A stretch of 64,000 nt of DNA from Octopus sinensis (lineage: Eukaryota), in contig NC_043006.1 in the NCBI RefSeq assembly GCF_006345805.1, positions 47,306,001-47,370,000 of the forward strand, read 5' to 3'. The translations under genes and the position numbers were made by a program. Positions 41,793 to 54,122 of this stretch are shown in pieces. The notes below the pieces were generated by a model. That model was not told the origin of the DNA. It saw only the letters and a program-made list of their open reading frames with translations, and did no database searches. Positions within the stretch are counted from its first letter, which is position 1. Every line of letters starts with the position of its first letter.

Positions 41793-43762
41793 ATTCAGTA
41801 GTTTTATTTTTATAACGCGCTTTCACAGTTCTCTGTGCCTTGGGCTTGTGCTGTGATTTGTTGTGATGCTCTTATGGTTACTGTATTGAAAGTGTTCTGC
41901 GTAGGATGTGTGCAGTGCCTAGTAGTGCAATTTTCTGTATGTTATATGTGTTTGTAAGTCCTGGTGTTTTTGTTATGTATTTGTCTGAATATTTTTTTAT
42001 CATGCCTAATGCAGCTACTATGATAGGAATTGTTTCTGTTTTTAGATTCCACATTCTAGTTACCTCTATTCCCAGGTCTTTGTATTTTGAAAGTTTCTCC
42101 ATTTCTTTTAGAGTCACGTTGTCATCTGCTGGTATTGGTACATCAATTAGCATTTTCCCCATGATCTCTGACAACTATATCTGGTCTGTTGGCCTTAATT
42201 TCTCTATCTGTGTGTATTGGCATATCCCAGAGTATGGTTGCTTTCTCGGTTTCTGCGACCTTTTCTGGTGTGTGTCTATACCATCTTTTTTCTGTTGTTA
42301 TTCCGTAATGTTGGCATAGCTTCCAGTGTATGTAGGTTCCAACTCTGTCGTGTCTGTGAATATATTCCTTCTTAGCCAGGACTGGGCAGCCAGAGATAAT
42401 ATGATTTATTGTTTCTTGTCAATCTACACATATTCTGCAGTTACTTGTTATATTTCTTTTCATTACATGTTTTTGGTAATTTCTGGTGGGGAGGCTTTGG
42501 TCTTGTGCTGCAATTAAAAATCCCTCTGTCTCTGCTTTGAGTCCTGAGCTTCTCAATAACTGCTGAGATTTTTCTTTGTCTATTTCTTTTGCATTTAGCT
42601 TAGTCCAGTACTTGCCATGAAGGGGCTTTTCTTGCCATCGTTTTATCATGGTCCGTTGCGGTTCTAGTTTTAGTTTTGATTTCATTTGCTTTATAGCTTT
42701 TGTTGTGTTTTCTTCTTCTTCTTCTTCTTCTTCTTCTTCTTCTTCTTCTTCTTCTTCTTCTTCTTCTTCTTCTTCTCTTCTTCTTCTTCTTCTTCTTCTT
42801 CTTCTTCATATTTGTTAGGTGGTATAATTTCTTGTTTGTATTTGTCAGCTTCCTTAAATACTGAGAACAATTTTTTGTTTTGCTCGTGTTTTGCCGCTAT
42901 TTGTATCAGTTTTCCTTGCTTCTGATGTAGGTATGTTTGCAGTCCTATGGTGGTTATTTTATAGTTGTTTTCCAGTTTTATAAGGCCTCTACCATCTTCT
43001 ATACGTTGTATATATAGCCTTTCTATGTCAGATTTTGGGTGATGCATCCTAGATCCTGTCATTATTTTTCTTGTTTCCTATCTATTTTGGTTAGTTCATT
43101 TAGCGTCCAGTTAAGGATATTGTAGCTGTAACTTATAACTGGGACAGCTAAAGTGTTAATACCTATTATCTTGTTTTTCGCATTGGGCTCTCTTTTTAGT
43201 ATTGATCTAACTCGTCTATAGTATTCTTTCTTTATTTTCTCTTTCAGTTGTGTGTGTTGTGTCTTATCTAGTTCATGGATTTCTAAATATTTGTAAGTTT
43301 GGCTTTGGTCTAATTCCCTTATTTCATTGGCTTTATCTAGTGTCACGTTGCGAATCTTAACTAGTTTTCCTCTTTTCAGGGTTACTTTGGCGCATTTTTC
43401 TAATCCAAATTTCATATCTATTTCTTTGGTGAATCCAGGAACTGTCTGCAGTAGTGTTTCCAGCTGTTTGTCATTTGTAGCGTATAGTTTTAGGTCATCC
43501 ATATATAAAAGGTGGCTGATCGTTTTGCCATAACATTTATATCCGCATCCAGTTCTGTTTAGCATATCAGATAGAGGTGACAGAGTCAAGCAGAAAAGGA
43601 GTGGAGAGAGCGTGTCTCCCTGGAATAGTCCGCTTCTAACGGGGATGGCTTTGGTTTTCACGAGTCCCTCTTTTGTTTGGAGCTGTAGCACTGTTTGCCA
43701 TTTATTCATAGAGTCCTATGTATTTTATAATTGTTGGTGCTACTTTGTTAATGGCTAGTGTT
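41793..43762 (-). mobile_element. R4/Dong-clade LINE, 5'-truncated (RT, Zn knuckle, RLE), inserted in (AAT)n
   Basis: GLFQGDTLSPLLFC; ISHLLYMDDLKLYA; FGLEKCA; LHGKY; FLIAAQDQSLPTRNY; CRIC; RPD region and IDVPIP...KEMEKLSKYKDL...PIIVAALG; AATAAA then (AAT)n; internal (GAA)n expansion at 42710-42808. Confidence 0.9.
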
Positions 43763-43812
43763 TTCTTCTTCTTCTTCTTCTTCTTCTCTTCTTCTTCTTC
43801 TTCTTCTTCTTC

Positions 43813-43847
<35 letters not shown>

Positions 43848-43879
43848 GTTATTGTTATTGTTATTGTTATTGTTATTAT

Positions 43880-43938
43880 GTTCAGATCACTGCCTGGAAT
43901 TGAACTCGGAATCTTGGGGTTAGTAGCCCGCGTTCTTA
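43880..43938 (-). mobile_element. 5' half (truncated tRNA-like head) of left hammerhead-SINE copy
   Basis: Reverse complement of 43953-44011. Confidence 0.8.
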
Positions 43939-43940
43939 TA

Positions 43941-44183
43941 TGGCGTAGTGGTTAAGAGCGCGGGCTACTAACCCCAAGCTTCCGAGTTCGATTCCAAGCA
44001 ATCACCTGAACAACAACAACAATAATAATAATAATAACATCGAAATATACCTTAGGAATGAGAACCCAGGTTCGAAATTTCCCCAAGACACCTGAAGAAG
44101 GCTGGAGGGTATATCAGCCGAAACGTTGTGTTAACAACAAACAAGATGAGGATAAATATCCGTCGAATATAAATAATGTAAAT
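43941..44183 (+). mobile_element. tRNA-headed short element carrying a minimal hammerhead
   Basis: A-box TGGCGTAGTGG (43941), B-box GAGTTCGATTCC (43984), (AAC/AAT)n linker, hammerhead at 44087-44132. Confidence 0.75.
44087..44132 (+). ncRNA. Candidate minimal type I hammerhead ribozyme
   Basis: Stem I GACAC/GTGTT; CTGAAGA plus an extra A; stem II GGCTG/CAGCC with 10-nt loop; GAAA; palindrome AACGTT; GUU site at 44125-44127. Confidence 0.7.
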
Positions 44184-44897
44184 AAAATTCTACTACTAAT
44201 TGAGATATCTAAACTGACCCCTATGTCATTTGATTTAGTCTCCCTGTATCGGCTGGCGGTGCAAAGGTATCCACATTACTTCCCAACGGTGTAGTGGATT
44301 CATTACAACAAAAACATTGAACTTATAAAATATGATGGTAAGGTCTTAGACACAATGAAGTGTAAGTCATATAGATGTGGATAAATTTAGGAAATCTATC
44401 TTCGATCTGATCTTGTAGTGGAGCCGAGATATATCAACCATAACAGCATATTACAAACAGACTGCCAACACTTTCTTGGACGTTAGCACAACAAATATCA
44501 TTCGTTTTCTTTTACGATTCGTCTTTTGGCATATATTTCCAATACAAAGAATTGCGTGCCTGAACTCCCCTAGGTTAGTAGTATTGGACATAATTTAGCG
44601 AAGGACATTTCAAACGCTTCTTCCACTCCCAAACATTTCAAACCAGACAGAACATTTTGCATAAGAATTTTAGCTACTTAACTGGGAAAGCGTCATGAAC
44701 GGGCAGCTTCGCGTTTCTTGACTATTCTTTTTATTAACTAAAGCTGATATGTTTGACAAAATTTAATGCCACAAATTATCAGCCCCCAACTGTTAATATT
44801 CGCGTACAAAACAGCAACATTATCACTCTGTGTCTTTCATGTTATTATCTGACTCCCATATTCTGGCATGAATGCATACAAACACACATACATGCAG

Positions 44898-44953
<56 letters not shown>

Positions 44954-45080
44954 CCATATACATCTAATGGGCTGGAGAATTTCTATTTTGGATGTTTTTT
45001 GGGTACTAAGTTGTGCTCACGACTTAGCTTTTGCTTCTTCCATGGGTATGAGTAAGTATCTCATTTATTTCTCTGCTATG

Positions 45081-45142
45081 TTTACCTCCGACGAAGGGAG
45101 GGCTCTTACGAGCTAACCCTCAAATCGGTCCGATATGGTAAT
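45081..45142 (+). ncRNA. Degenerate hammerhead-like motif
   Basis: CCGACGA-AGGG-ag-GGCTC-ttac-GAGCT-aa-CCCT-cAAA-tCGGTC; stem II intact, GAAA mutated to CAAA. Confidence 0.4.
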
Positions 45143-45886
45143 AATGGAATTTTTTAGAAATTTCTGTCAACCTTTTTTGGAGTAGCGTGCGTTGTGTGAA
45201 AATTATAATGGTTATGGACAATGTGTCTAATTTCCGGCATATTTCGCATTAGAAAATTTTTTCGTTTCCCTCATTTATAAGTTATATATCTATATATATA
45301 TGTGTGTATGTGTTTGTGTATGTGTGTGTATGCATGTATGTATGTATGTATTCGCTCTCATGTTTCCTGTCAATATTTTCCATATATTGGAAAATTAGTA
45401 CGTATTCGTACACGTATGAATGCACATACATATATGAATACATACAAATATAATCACACACACACATACATGCACTCATACATACACACAAACCCGCTCC
45501 CGTTATCTCTATGTGCGTATGTACGCTCGTGTGAGTACCCGTTTTTGCTTTGTTTATGTATGTATGTGAACTATATTTGCCACGACTGTGTCTCGGTATA
45601 AAATTTTTATTAAATATTTCTAAACATATTTATTGTTCATCTTAGATTAGATTGCAGTAATAGCATTCCTAAAACCATTAATTTTTCATGTACTTAAAAA
45701 TTTGAAGAGTCCCAATCTCGATTTTAGATAATATTCTTCCTGTCATAAAGTGCACCTCTATCATTATCAAAATTTCAATTACGTTTTTTTTTCTACCGTA
45801 ACGAAAAGCATATTTCTTTTATTGCATGCTGCACTTTTATATAATTCTTTTATATTTCCTGTACACTCACACCCATCAAGCACAGA

Positions 45887-45983
<97 letters not shown>

Positions 45984-47047
45984 GTGTATAATATACATGA
46001 TTACCCCGATATATGATGGTGCATATATTAAAAAATATTTGTATATGTTTATATGTTTCTGTGAACAAATATTTATATATGTATGTGTAGTATGTGTATG
46101 AACGTTTATATATATATGACACGTGATTAATATCGTCCATTACCAATCTATAAATGAATATGAGTTAGTTAGTGTTATACCATACACAATCTAACGTTAT
46201 TATAATCCAGGTTGTCAATGGTTGATTAAGTACATTTAGATTTATAGGAATATGAATTTCATAAAATAACCCTCTGAAAAAAAAAAGGAGCTTTTTGAAG
46301 AAAGATGCATTTACTTTAGCAGTAATTTTGTTGTCGTGTAAGTAAGGTGTTTATCGTTTTCCAAATTATTAGTCGAATAATAATAAGCAAACATTTAGGG
46401 GTTGAATATGTATCCTTGAGTGCAGAAGCTCCGCAAACACGTGCGCATTGATCAGCATTGCAATCATTGCGCGAGTCTACACCATTTCACCGAAATAAAC
46501 TTGAAAACGCCATTATTTCTGTTTCATGAAAGCCCAACTATATACCGCAGAAACAAATTAGCCACAAAATATTTTCATTTCACTGTAATATCTCTGACAG
46601 ATGGTTGAGGCAAGCATGAAAAAAATGTACCCATTCTTAAAAACAAAAAATAAAAATAATAAATATGCACCAGTAATATATTCCTAATCTAGAAGAGAGA
46701 AATAGAGAAGAGTTGAAAAAGAAAAAGAGTTGAGTGAGAAAATTTGGCCTGTAAACATCGGAGCAGCTGAAATCTTTCGAAGGCTAATGAACGCCATTTC
46801 TTATGATCGTAGCGCGTGCCAAGTGCCTTTGGAATGTCTGTATATGCATATATTTGTCTGTGTGATTAATTCGTAACTGTGTGTTTGATGTGGTATTCCA
46901 CTCTATTGCGTTTAGTGCGGAGTATTGTGAGAAGTGTGTAAATGGTAATGAGGTTTGTATAGTGCATTTCTATGTTCATAATATGGGTAGAAAGGTGACT
47001 CGTTATAGAGAGGCATTTCTTATGATGTATGTATTTATGTTTATGTA

Positions 47048-47080
<33 letters not shown>

Positions 47081-47791
47081 GTCATGTGGCTTATATTTCA
47101 ATTTGTGCTAAATCATTTTCAGGGTTATATAGTGCAGGGTGTATTGAATAGTTCTGATGTGGATAATGTTAACATGTGGTGCACAGATGAGTAGCGGTGC
47201 ATCGAACAATAAAAGAAAAAAAATGTTTAAATAGAAGTGAGGGAATTAGTGAGAGTTGTGTGGGGTAAAATGTGCAGCGCATGCGCACTATATAGTTGGG
47301 AGTAGAAATGTTTAAATACGTCTATGTATGTATGATTAACTTTATGTTTTATACATGAGTGAACGCTTTGAACCACTAGACGGTATTGAAACATTTCACG
47401 GCCAAGTGAGTCTTGCTGGAATTTAATTAATTAGGAATATTTGAACAAGTTATTTTCCTCGCAACAATTTATAAACGTGTATATTTTACTCGTTAAAATA
47501 AAATAACATATACTATATTCCCTCTTTGTAGCTATTACAATACTCAGACTTATCAAACCCTCTGCCCTGTTTATCCAACTCGCTGTTTTTAGTTATTTCT
47601 CTCTCCCTCTCTCTCTCTCGTTTTTTTCTCGCACGATGATATATATATATATATTATAATACACACACACACACACACACACCCCCACACACTACACACC
47701 CACACACACACATATATATATAATATATATATATAATTATATTAATATATATATATTATATATATTTATATACATATAATATATATATTAT

Positions 47792-47848
<57 letters not shown>

Positions 47849-47915
47849 ATATATATATATACATACATACATGTATATGTATATCTATCTATCTATATAC
47901 ATACATAAACTATAT

Positions 47916-47956
<41 letters not shown>

Positions 47957-47997
47957 TACGCGCGCTCACACATGCACACACACACAAATATGTTTGC

Positions 47998-48034
<37 letters not shown>

Positions 48035-48281
48035 CAGAGAGATGTATGTATATACACACGTGCGCACGCACACACCCACACAATCACTCAGACACACACA
48101 CATAAATCCTTTTCACTTTCTCTCATTTTTCAATCATTCCTCATTTCTCTATCTATATCATCTCTCTTCACCATTCTTTTATTACATTATCGACCACTCG
48201 TCTCCGTACTATTTACCCAGCACAACACCTACTATTATTGTTGTAATTGTTGTTATTATCATTATTATTATTATTGTTATA

Positions 48282-48321
<40 letters not shown>

Positions 48322-50199
48322 TATTATTATTATTATTATTATCTTTCAGCTTATTTACTTATCTTACCCTCTCACTTCATTCACCTTGTTTAATGTTTAC
48401 TCTCTAGTCAATATTCCGTAATTATCTTTATCACTGCCCCTATCTGTCTTCTCGCCTCACATTAGTTTCACACAAAACGTTTAACTTCGTTCTTTGAAGT
48501 TTTATACCGACCACATTATAATCGCCTCTATAATGTCTGAATGTCAGCCAATGCAACTGACACAGTTTACATTTTAATGATGTGCCCCATATTTTACACC
48601 CAATAGAATACTAATTTATTCAAATGATATTCTTAATTAACAATGATATAGCTAATATGTGGTCGAAATCAAAAGCTGCTTTACGTATGGAATTAATGCC
48701 ACGTGTAACAAAACGCAGCGAAATGGTTTGTCCAGTACAAAAATATTCAGACGTTGTTATGTTAATACGACCTAGATTTCTTTATTTGATCGACGCACAT
48801 TAACATCAGTTATTTTGGTATATTAAGTTTTAAACACATGTAATACGATATACACTTATGTGATACTAATAGCAATTAAAAATATATCAGTCAAATCTCC
48901 TTCTAACTGTATCCTATTATTTGTGAAAATGAAGAAATGATTCATGAAATCGTCCAAATATTGTTTGTAAATACAAAAAAAATGTGATATACACGGCATG
49001 AATAACAGTTTTCATGAAGCTACTCGCTCCAGTCTGTCTTTGTGTAAGCATTTAAATCAATTCCAGTTCGATGTTTCTTTGCTAAATACGGACTTCCGAT
49101 CTTCTGGGAGCAACAGCCAAATCTCTTTCAAATCGCAGACTACCCACTTAAAGGAACAGGCATATGGAATAAGATCTGTCTAGAAATTGTTAAAATACTG
49201 TATGACAACGGATGAGATTATTTTGTTTGTAGGTCTTCTAGTCTTGGGCTAAAAATCTAAACCACTAGCACTACCAAGATGACGAATAGTATGAATGTTA
49301 TTTCACGTAATATGGGTGTATGTGTTTTTGCGTATGAGTATATGTATTAATAGGAGTTTCGAAAAAAATAGATATACTAATATACATAGTATGCATTTAT
49401 TAATACTTAATGTATATCTGGAAAACATTTCTTCCAATGAGATATATAATCATTTATGAAGTACCTAAACGGTTATCTCTTAAAAATTTCTCATAAGCAC
49501 ACTAAAATTTATATTTCCTTTCACAAACACGCCACACACTGAGAATTACATGCTCTCTCCTTCTGTGTCTCTTCCCCTCTCTTATATACACATATAATTG
49601 TACATGTATATATGTGCCTACGAATGCGATCAACGTGTCAATCAGCTGATTCTTATTTTAAAGCAACGATACTTCTTAAAATGGATTTTATCACTAAATT
49701 TTCAGGAAGCCCGGATATTGATATGTTTCAAGTGTTTTGCATTGATAATATAATGGTAGCATGAATAACAGAAAACTTTCCAATATTAGATGATGCTATT
49801 GTTTACTTGTTGTTGAGTTTCAGAAAACCTCTTAAGTAAAGCACACTCTCATATGAAACGAGAAGTATTCATAATGGTAGCAAAACTAAGACAAGCGAAG
49901 CCTACATTCAACATGGTTGATTTAATGTAGGAGCAAACGAAATTTCATTTATGCACGTATCAACTCCAAGAAAATCTGTTGAGTTACACGAATAATGCAT
50001 GTAGATTTTATCCGATCTTATAGCGTTGAATGTATGTGCGCCTGTATACTCACACAGTGAAATGTATATGCACCACTGTATATAAGCGAATTGTGTATAT
50101 ACTTCATAGATAATGTATATACGATTGTAGTGATGATTACGATGACGGTAATAGCTGCCAAAGTGAAGATGCACTAAACTAACAGATGGAACAAGAAGC

Positions 50200-50309
50200 A
50201 TATATATATATATATAATATATATATATATATTATTAATATATTAATATATATATAGATATATATATATATTATATATATAATTATTATATATATATATA
50301 TATATATAA

Positions 50310-50358
<49 letters not shown>

Positions 50359-50497
50359 TATATATATAATATATATATAATAATATATATATATATATAT
50401 ATATTAATATATATATATATATAATATATATATATATATATTATTATATATATTAGATTTATATTATATATATATATATATATAATAATTATATATA

Positions 50498-50549
<52 letters not shown>

Positions 50550-50633
50550 TATATATATATAATTTATGTGTAATAATACACACGGAAACACACACATGCC
50601 TATATGCACTATATATATGAGTGCGTGTGTGTG

Positions 50634-50696
<63 letters not shown>

Positions 50697-50700
50697 TGTG
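50200..50700. repeat. (TA)n-rich microsatellite
   Basis: Directly visible. Confidence 0.9.
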
Positions 50701-51379
50701 TGTATACATACAATGCAAATATGCAATTATATTATTAATATATACATGCAAATACAAATATACAATTATATATTATACATATACATATATAATTATATAT
50801 ATATATGTGTGTGTGTACAAATATGCATATCTATGTATGAGCATATGTGTGTGAAAATCGTGTGTGTATCTGGATGTATATGTGCGAGGGTGTATTCTTG
50901 TCTCTATTTGTGTACTCATAACATCTCTATATACATTTTTCTCCTCTATACCATTTTCTAAGTGTTCCTAAGTATGCTAGTTATGAATTATAAGATTGTC
51001 AACGATCAGGCTTTTAGTCGAAGTAACTTAAAACGCATATGTAGTTCAGTGGTGAATAATTATATGCAGGAAGAAAGAAGAAAAATTATCAAAGTTATAT
51101 ATTTTTGTAATTTTTGTAATTTATTTAAGGTTTCAATGTTAATACACATACGCACACACTCACATACACCCACGCACATACACGTGCAACAATTTGCCGA
51201 ATATAGGCTTTTTCTAACATAGTAGTTGAAAAATTTGATGGTGATGATAATCATATTTACTGTGTCTATATGTGATAATGGTTGCAAGAACAAAAATTGG
51301 AAACGTAATTTTTTTTTCGTTGGTTTACATTTCTACGCAAAGAGAATTGTATCGCGTGAAAGAATATCGACACCATACT

Positions 51380-51575
51380 GACGATGACGGTCGTGGTGGT
51401 TTTGTTGGTGATGGTGGTGACGACGACAATGATGATGATGATGATGATGATCATCATCATCATCGTCGTCGCCGTCGTCGCCATCGTTATCATTGTCGTC
51501 ATCACCCTGACGAGGGCGATGAGTATGATGATGATGCCGACGATGACGACGAACATTGATGGTGATGATGATGGG
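51380..51575. repeat. (GAT/GAC)n-(CAT/CGT)n self-complementary trinucleotide tract
   Basis: Directly visible. Confidence 0.85.
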
Positions 51576-52149
51576 GAGGAGGGAAGACGCAAGCTTTTTA
51601 AAATTGGATTATATATGAGAGAGAAAAGAACGAGGAGTTGCAAGAGTCTTCGAAAATACCGAGCTTAAGTTATGGCATGAATATTTTGATAATGTTAAGA
51701 AAGAAAGAGTTAGGGAAAACGCAGAAAAAAAAGGGAAAAAAATTCACAGTGAATGAGGGAAAAAAATCAAATAATGAGAAGGAAACGAAAACATATAAGA
51801 GGAAATGAAAATATGATTATGAAAAAGCAGAAATTCAGGCCTTATTAGTATAAATCAAGAATTTAAAGTTAAACGACTACGTATTTCAGCGATATCTACT
51901 TTAAGGTACCATAACAGATATACGTATGAAACTAAATGTGAAGGTCTATATTGCAATATATCTTTTTAAGAGGAATTAAGATCTAAAATATATGTGCAAT
52001 TATATTTAATGTTTCAGAAGATTGCCTTTTATTTCAGAGAATGGTGTACAGGGAAAGGAATGTATGTTAATTACTATATCACATATGTAATGATTGGTGT
52101 TATATTTTAAGTAAGACTATATGAAATATATGAATCAGATCAATTTAGC

Positions 52150-53887
52150 CAACGATTTGTTGGCCGACAAAACAAATATAAATAGGAGTAAAGCAGAAAA
52201 GAACGATGCGTTGTGAATTAATTGCGAGTTATAATGGAGTTCCCAAATTAAGAACATTATGCTTCTTTCTTTCTTTATATCCTGTACAATACGATTTCAA
52301 ATCTCGCATACATTTATGATAATTCAAGGACGAAGAAAATATGTACCAGTCAAAGCTGTGATGCGATTTACACTCCACCCTTATGATCCTGAGGCATGTA
52401 TTCGTAAACTACACGGGGTAAAAGGGAACCAATGAGGTGTAAATCCATGTTCATCTCTCTACTTAGAGCACCAAACGATGTCGTTTGAAATGCTGAGTTG
52501 TATTGTGTGATATTGTTTAGAAAATACTTTGACTGGATGGAAGCGCCTTGCATAAGATCCATAAGAAGTTAAGTGGGAGCAGGTAGTACTCACAGTCATA
52601 TCTTATCGCCTGCGCAGCACATACCATTAGTTTAATTTCGAAATTTTAAAGCTTTGCAGAAACGACGATTTGAGTTTAGCACAGCAGTTTGGGCAGAATT
52701 ATAATTTTTATAAGAATAGGATGGATCATATGTTAAAGCAGCTTCAGGAGTTGTGAAGAAGGAATTTGTACGTGTTCAGTTTCTGCGAGGTATTCTAATG
52801 GACCTCTGTCTGATGATGAAAACTGTGTTCTAATGAATCAGCATTAACTGCTGCAGCATGCCTTTGGTGAACTTGGGGAAAGTCTTATCTCGCTTCTGTA
52901 TTGAAACTCTATTTGATGCGTTGTAGCATACCTTTGCTTATCTTGGGCAAGTTTCATTTCGCTTCTGTCTTGAAACTCCATCTGACGTGCTGCAGCATGC
53001 TTTGCTGATATTGAGAAAGTCACATCTCCTTTCTCGGTTCAGACTGTCACCTTTGGCTATTCACAATCCTCCTTGCTTTATACTTGTTTCTGGAAAGATT
53101 ACGTCTTTTTTTGGTGGTATATTTTTTCAATACTGCAAATTAAAAAAAATTATATTAATCGCCATTTATGTAAGTTGCTTGTCTTTATTTTTGTATGCAG
53201 TATAAATTAACCAAATATAACCAAATTGACCAAATAGCAGCATATGTACAGCCTGCTAATTAAACGGTAAATGCCACAATAGTTACTATAGATAAAGTTC
53301 TTTAAATATATATATATTTTATATATATGTTAAGCATATGTATTAAATGTTAATTTGTAACTAAATAAACTGAAAACTTGCAACTGCTGTGCTAATTATT
53401 AACTGGTAATTGAACGTTAAATGTGTATTTTTATATACGTTAGATCTGCCACATCATTGCATTTTGTCAAGAGTTTTCCCTCCAGCCGTTCGTTATGTCA
53501 GTCAACACACATACACTGACACACAATTCCGCTGTCATGGCCGTAAAGACGGAAAGTTGCGGATGCGTAATGTTGTTCACATTACGATATAAATTATTCA
53601 TTTATTTCAAATATAATAGAAATTAGATGATCTTAGTTTTATCACATTAGAATTAAAAATGAAAGAATAAAATTGAAACCATATCTTTTGACACTTAATA
53701 CCGGACCAGTCGAAAAGATTACTCCGGGCCCGCATTAAGCAAGAAGTTGAAATTATTTATTGGCCCATGACACTCCACGGACCCTAAGTAATGCATGTGT
53801 AAAACTTGAATGAAATCGGTTGGGCACTTCTCGAGTTTTAGGGATTCATGCAGACAGACAGACACAATCCCAGTTTTATATATATAG
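52150..53887 (-). mobile_element. Helitron 5' portion with decayed Rep/Hel N-terminus
   Basis: TC-TATATATATAAAA head with (CTGT)n. Peptides PPKKRRNLSRNKYKARR-like, three 69-bp repeats (52854, 52923, 52992), FCKALKFRN*TNGMCCAGDK, SKYFLNNITQYNSAFQTTSFGA and HLIGSLLP. Confidence 0.8.
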
Positions 53888-53891
53888 ATAT

Positions 53892-54122
53892 ATAATTAAG
53901 GGTTAATTGCAACAAGTTGCTCAAAACCACATACCAAAAATATTAGAAATTTCTACTATTTCTAATATTTTCGGTATGTGGTTTTGAGCAAATTGTTGCA
54001 ATTAACCCTTAATTATAATTATTATAACCCTTACCAAATATGGTATTTTCCATACCGATAAATCTACTAGGTGAGATTGATTAATTTTATTAAATTAATT
54101 ATATTCCACCCTTTATTGTATA
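53892..54122. repeat. Hairpin with arms of about 58 bp plus pLTR-like tail
   Basis: 53892-53950 is reverse complementary to 53958-54016, followed by ..accctttattgtatata tail. Confidence 0.7.

Noticed and set aside
43941-44005. Possible genuine tRNA gene
   Set aside because: A/B boxes are present but there is no acceptor stem or poly-T terminator; it is the head of a repeated element
46750-46772. TGTAAACATC resembling the miR-30 5' end
   Set aside because: No hairpin partner arm, and miR-30 is a vertebrate family; chance match or Fox-type motif
51266-51668. Asp/His/Arg-rich ORFs; similarly the His/Ser-rich ORF at 38270-38686
   Set aside because: Trinucleotide-repeat artefacts open in several frames; no domain or splice evidence
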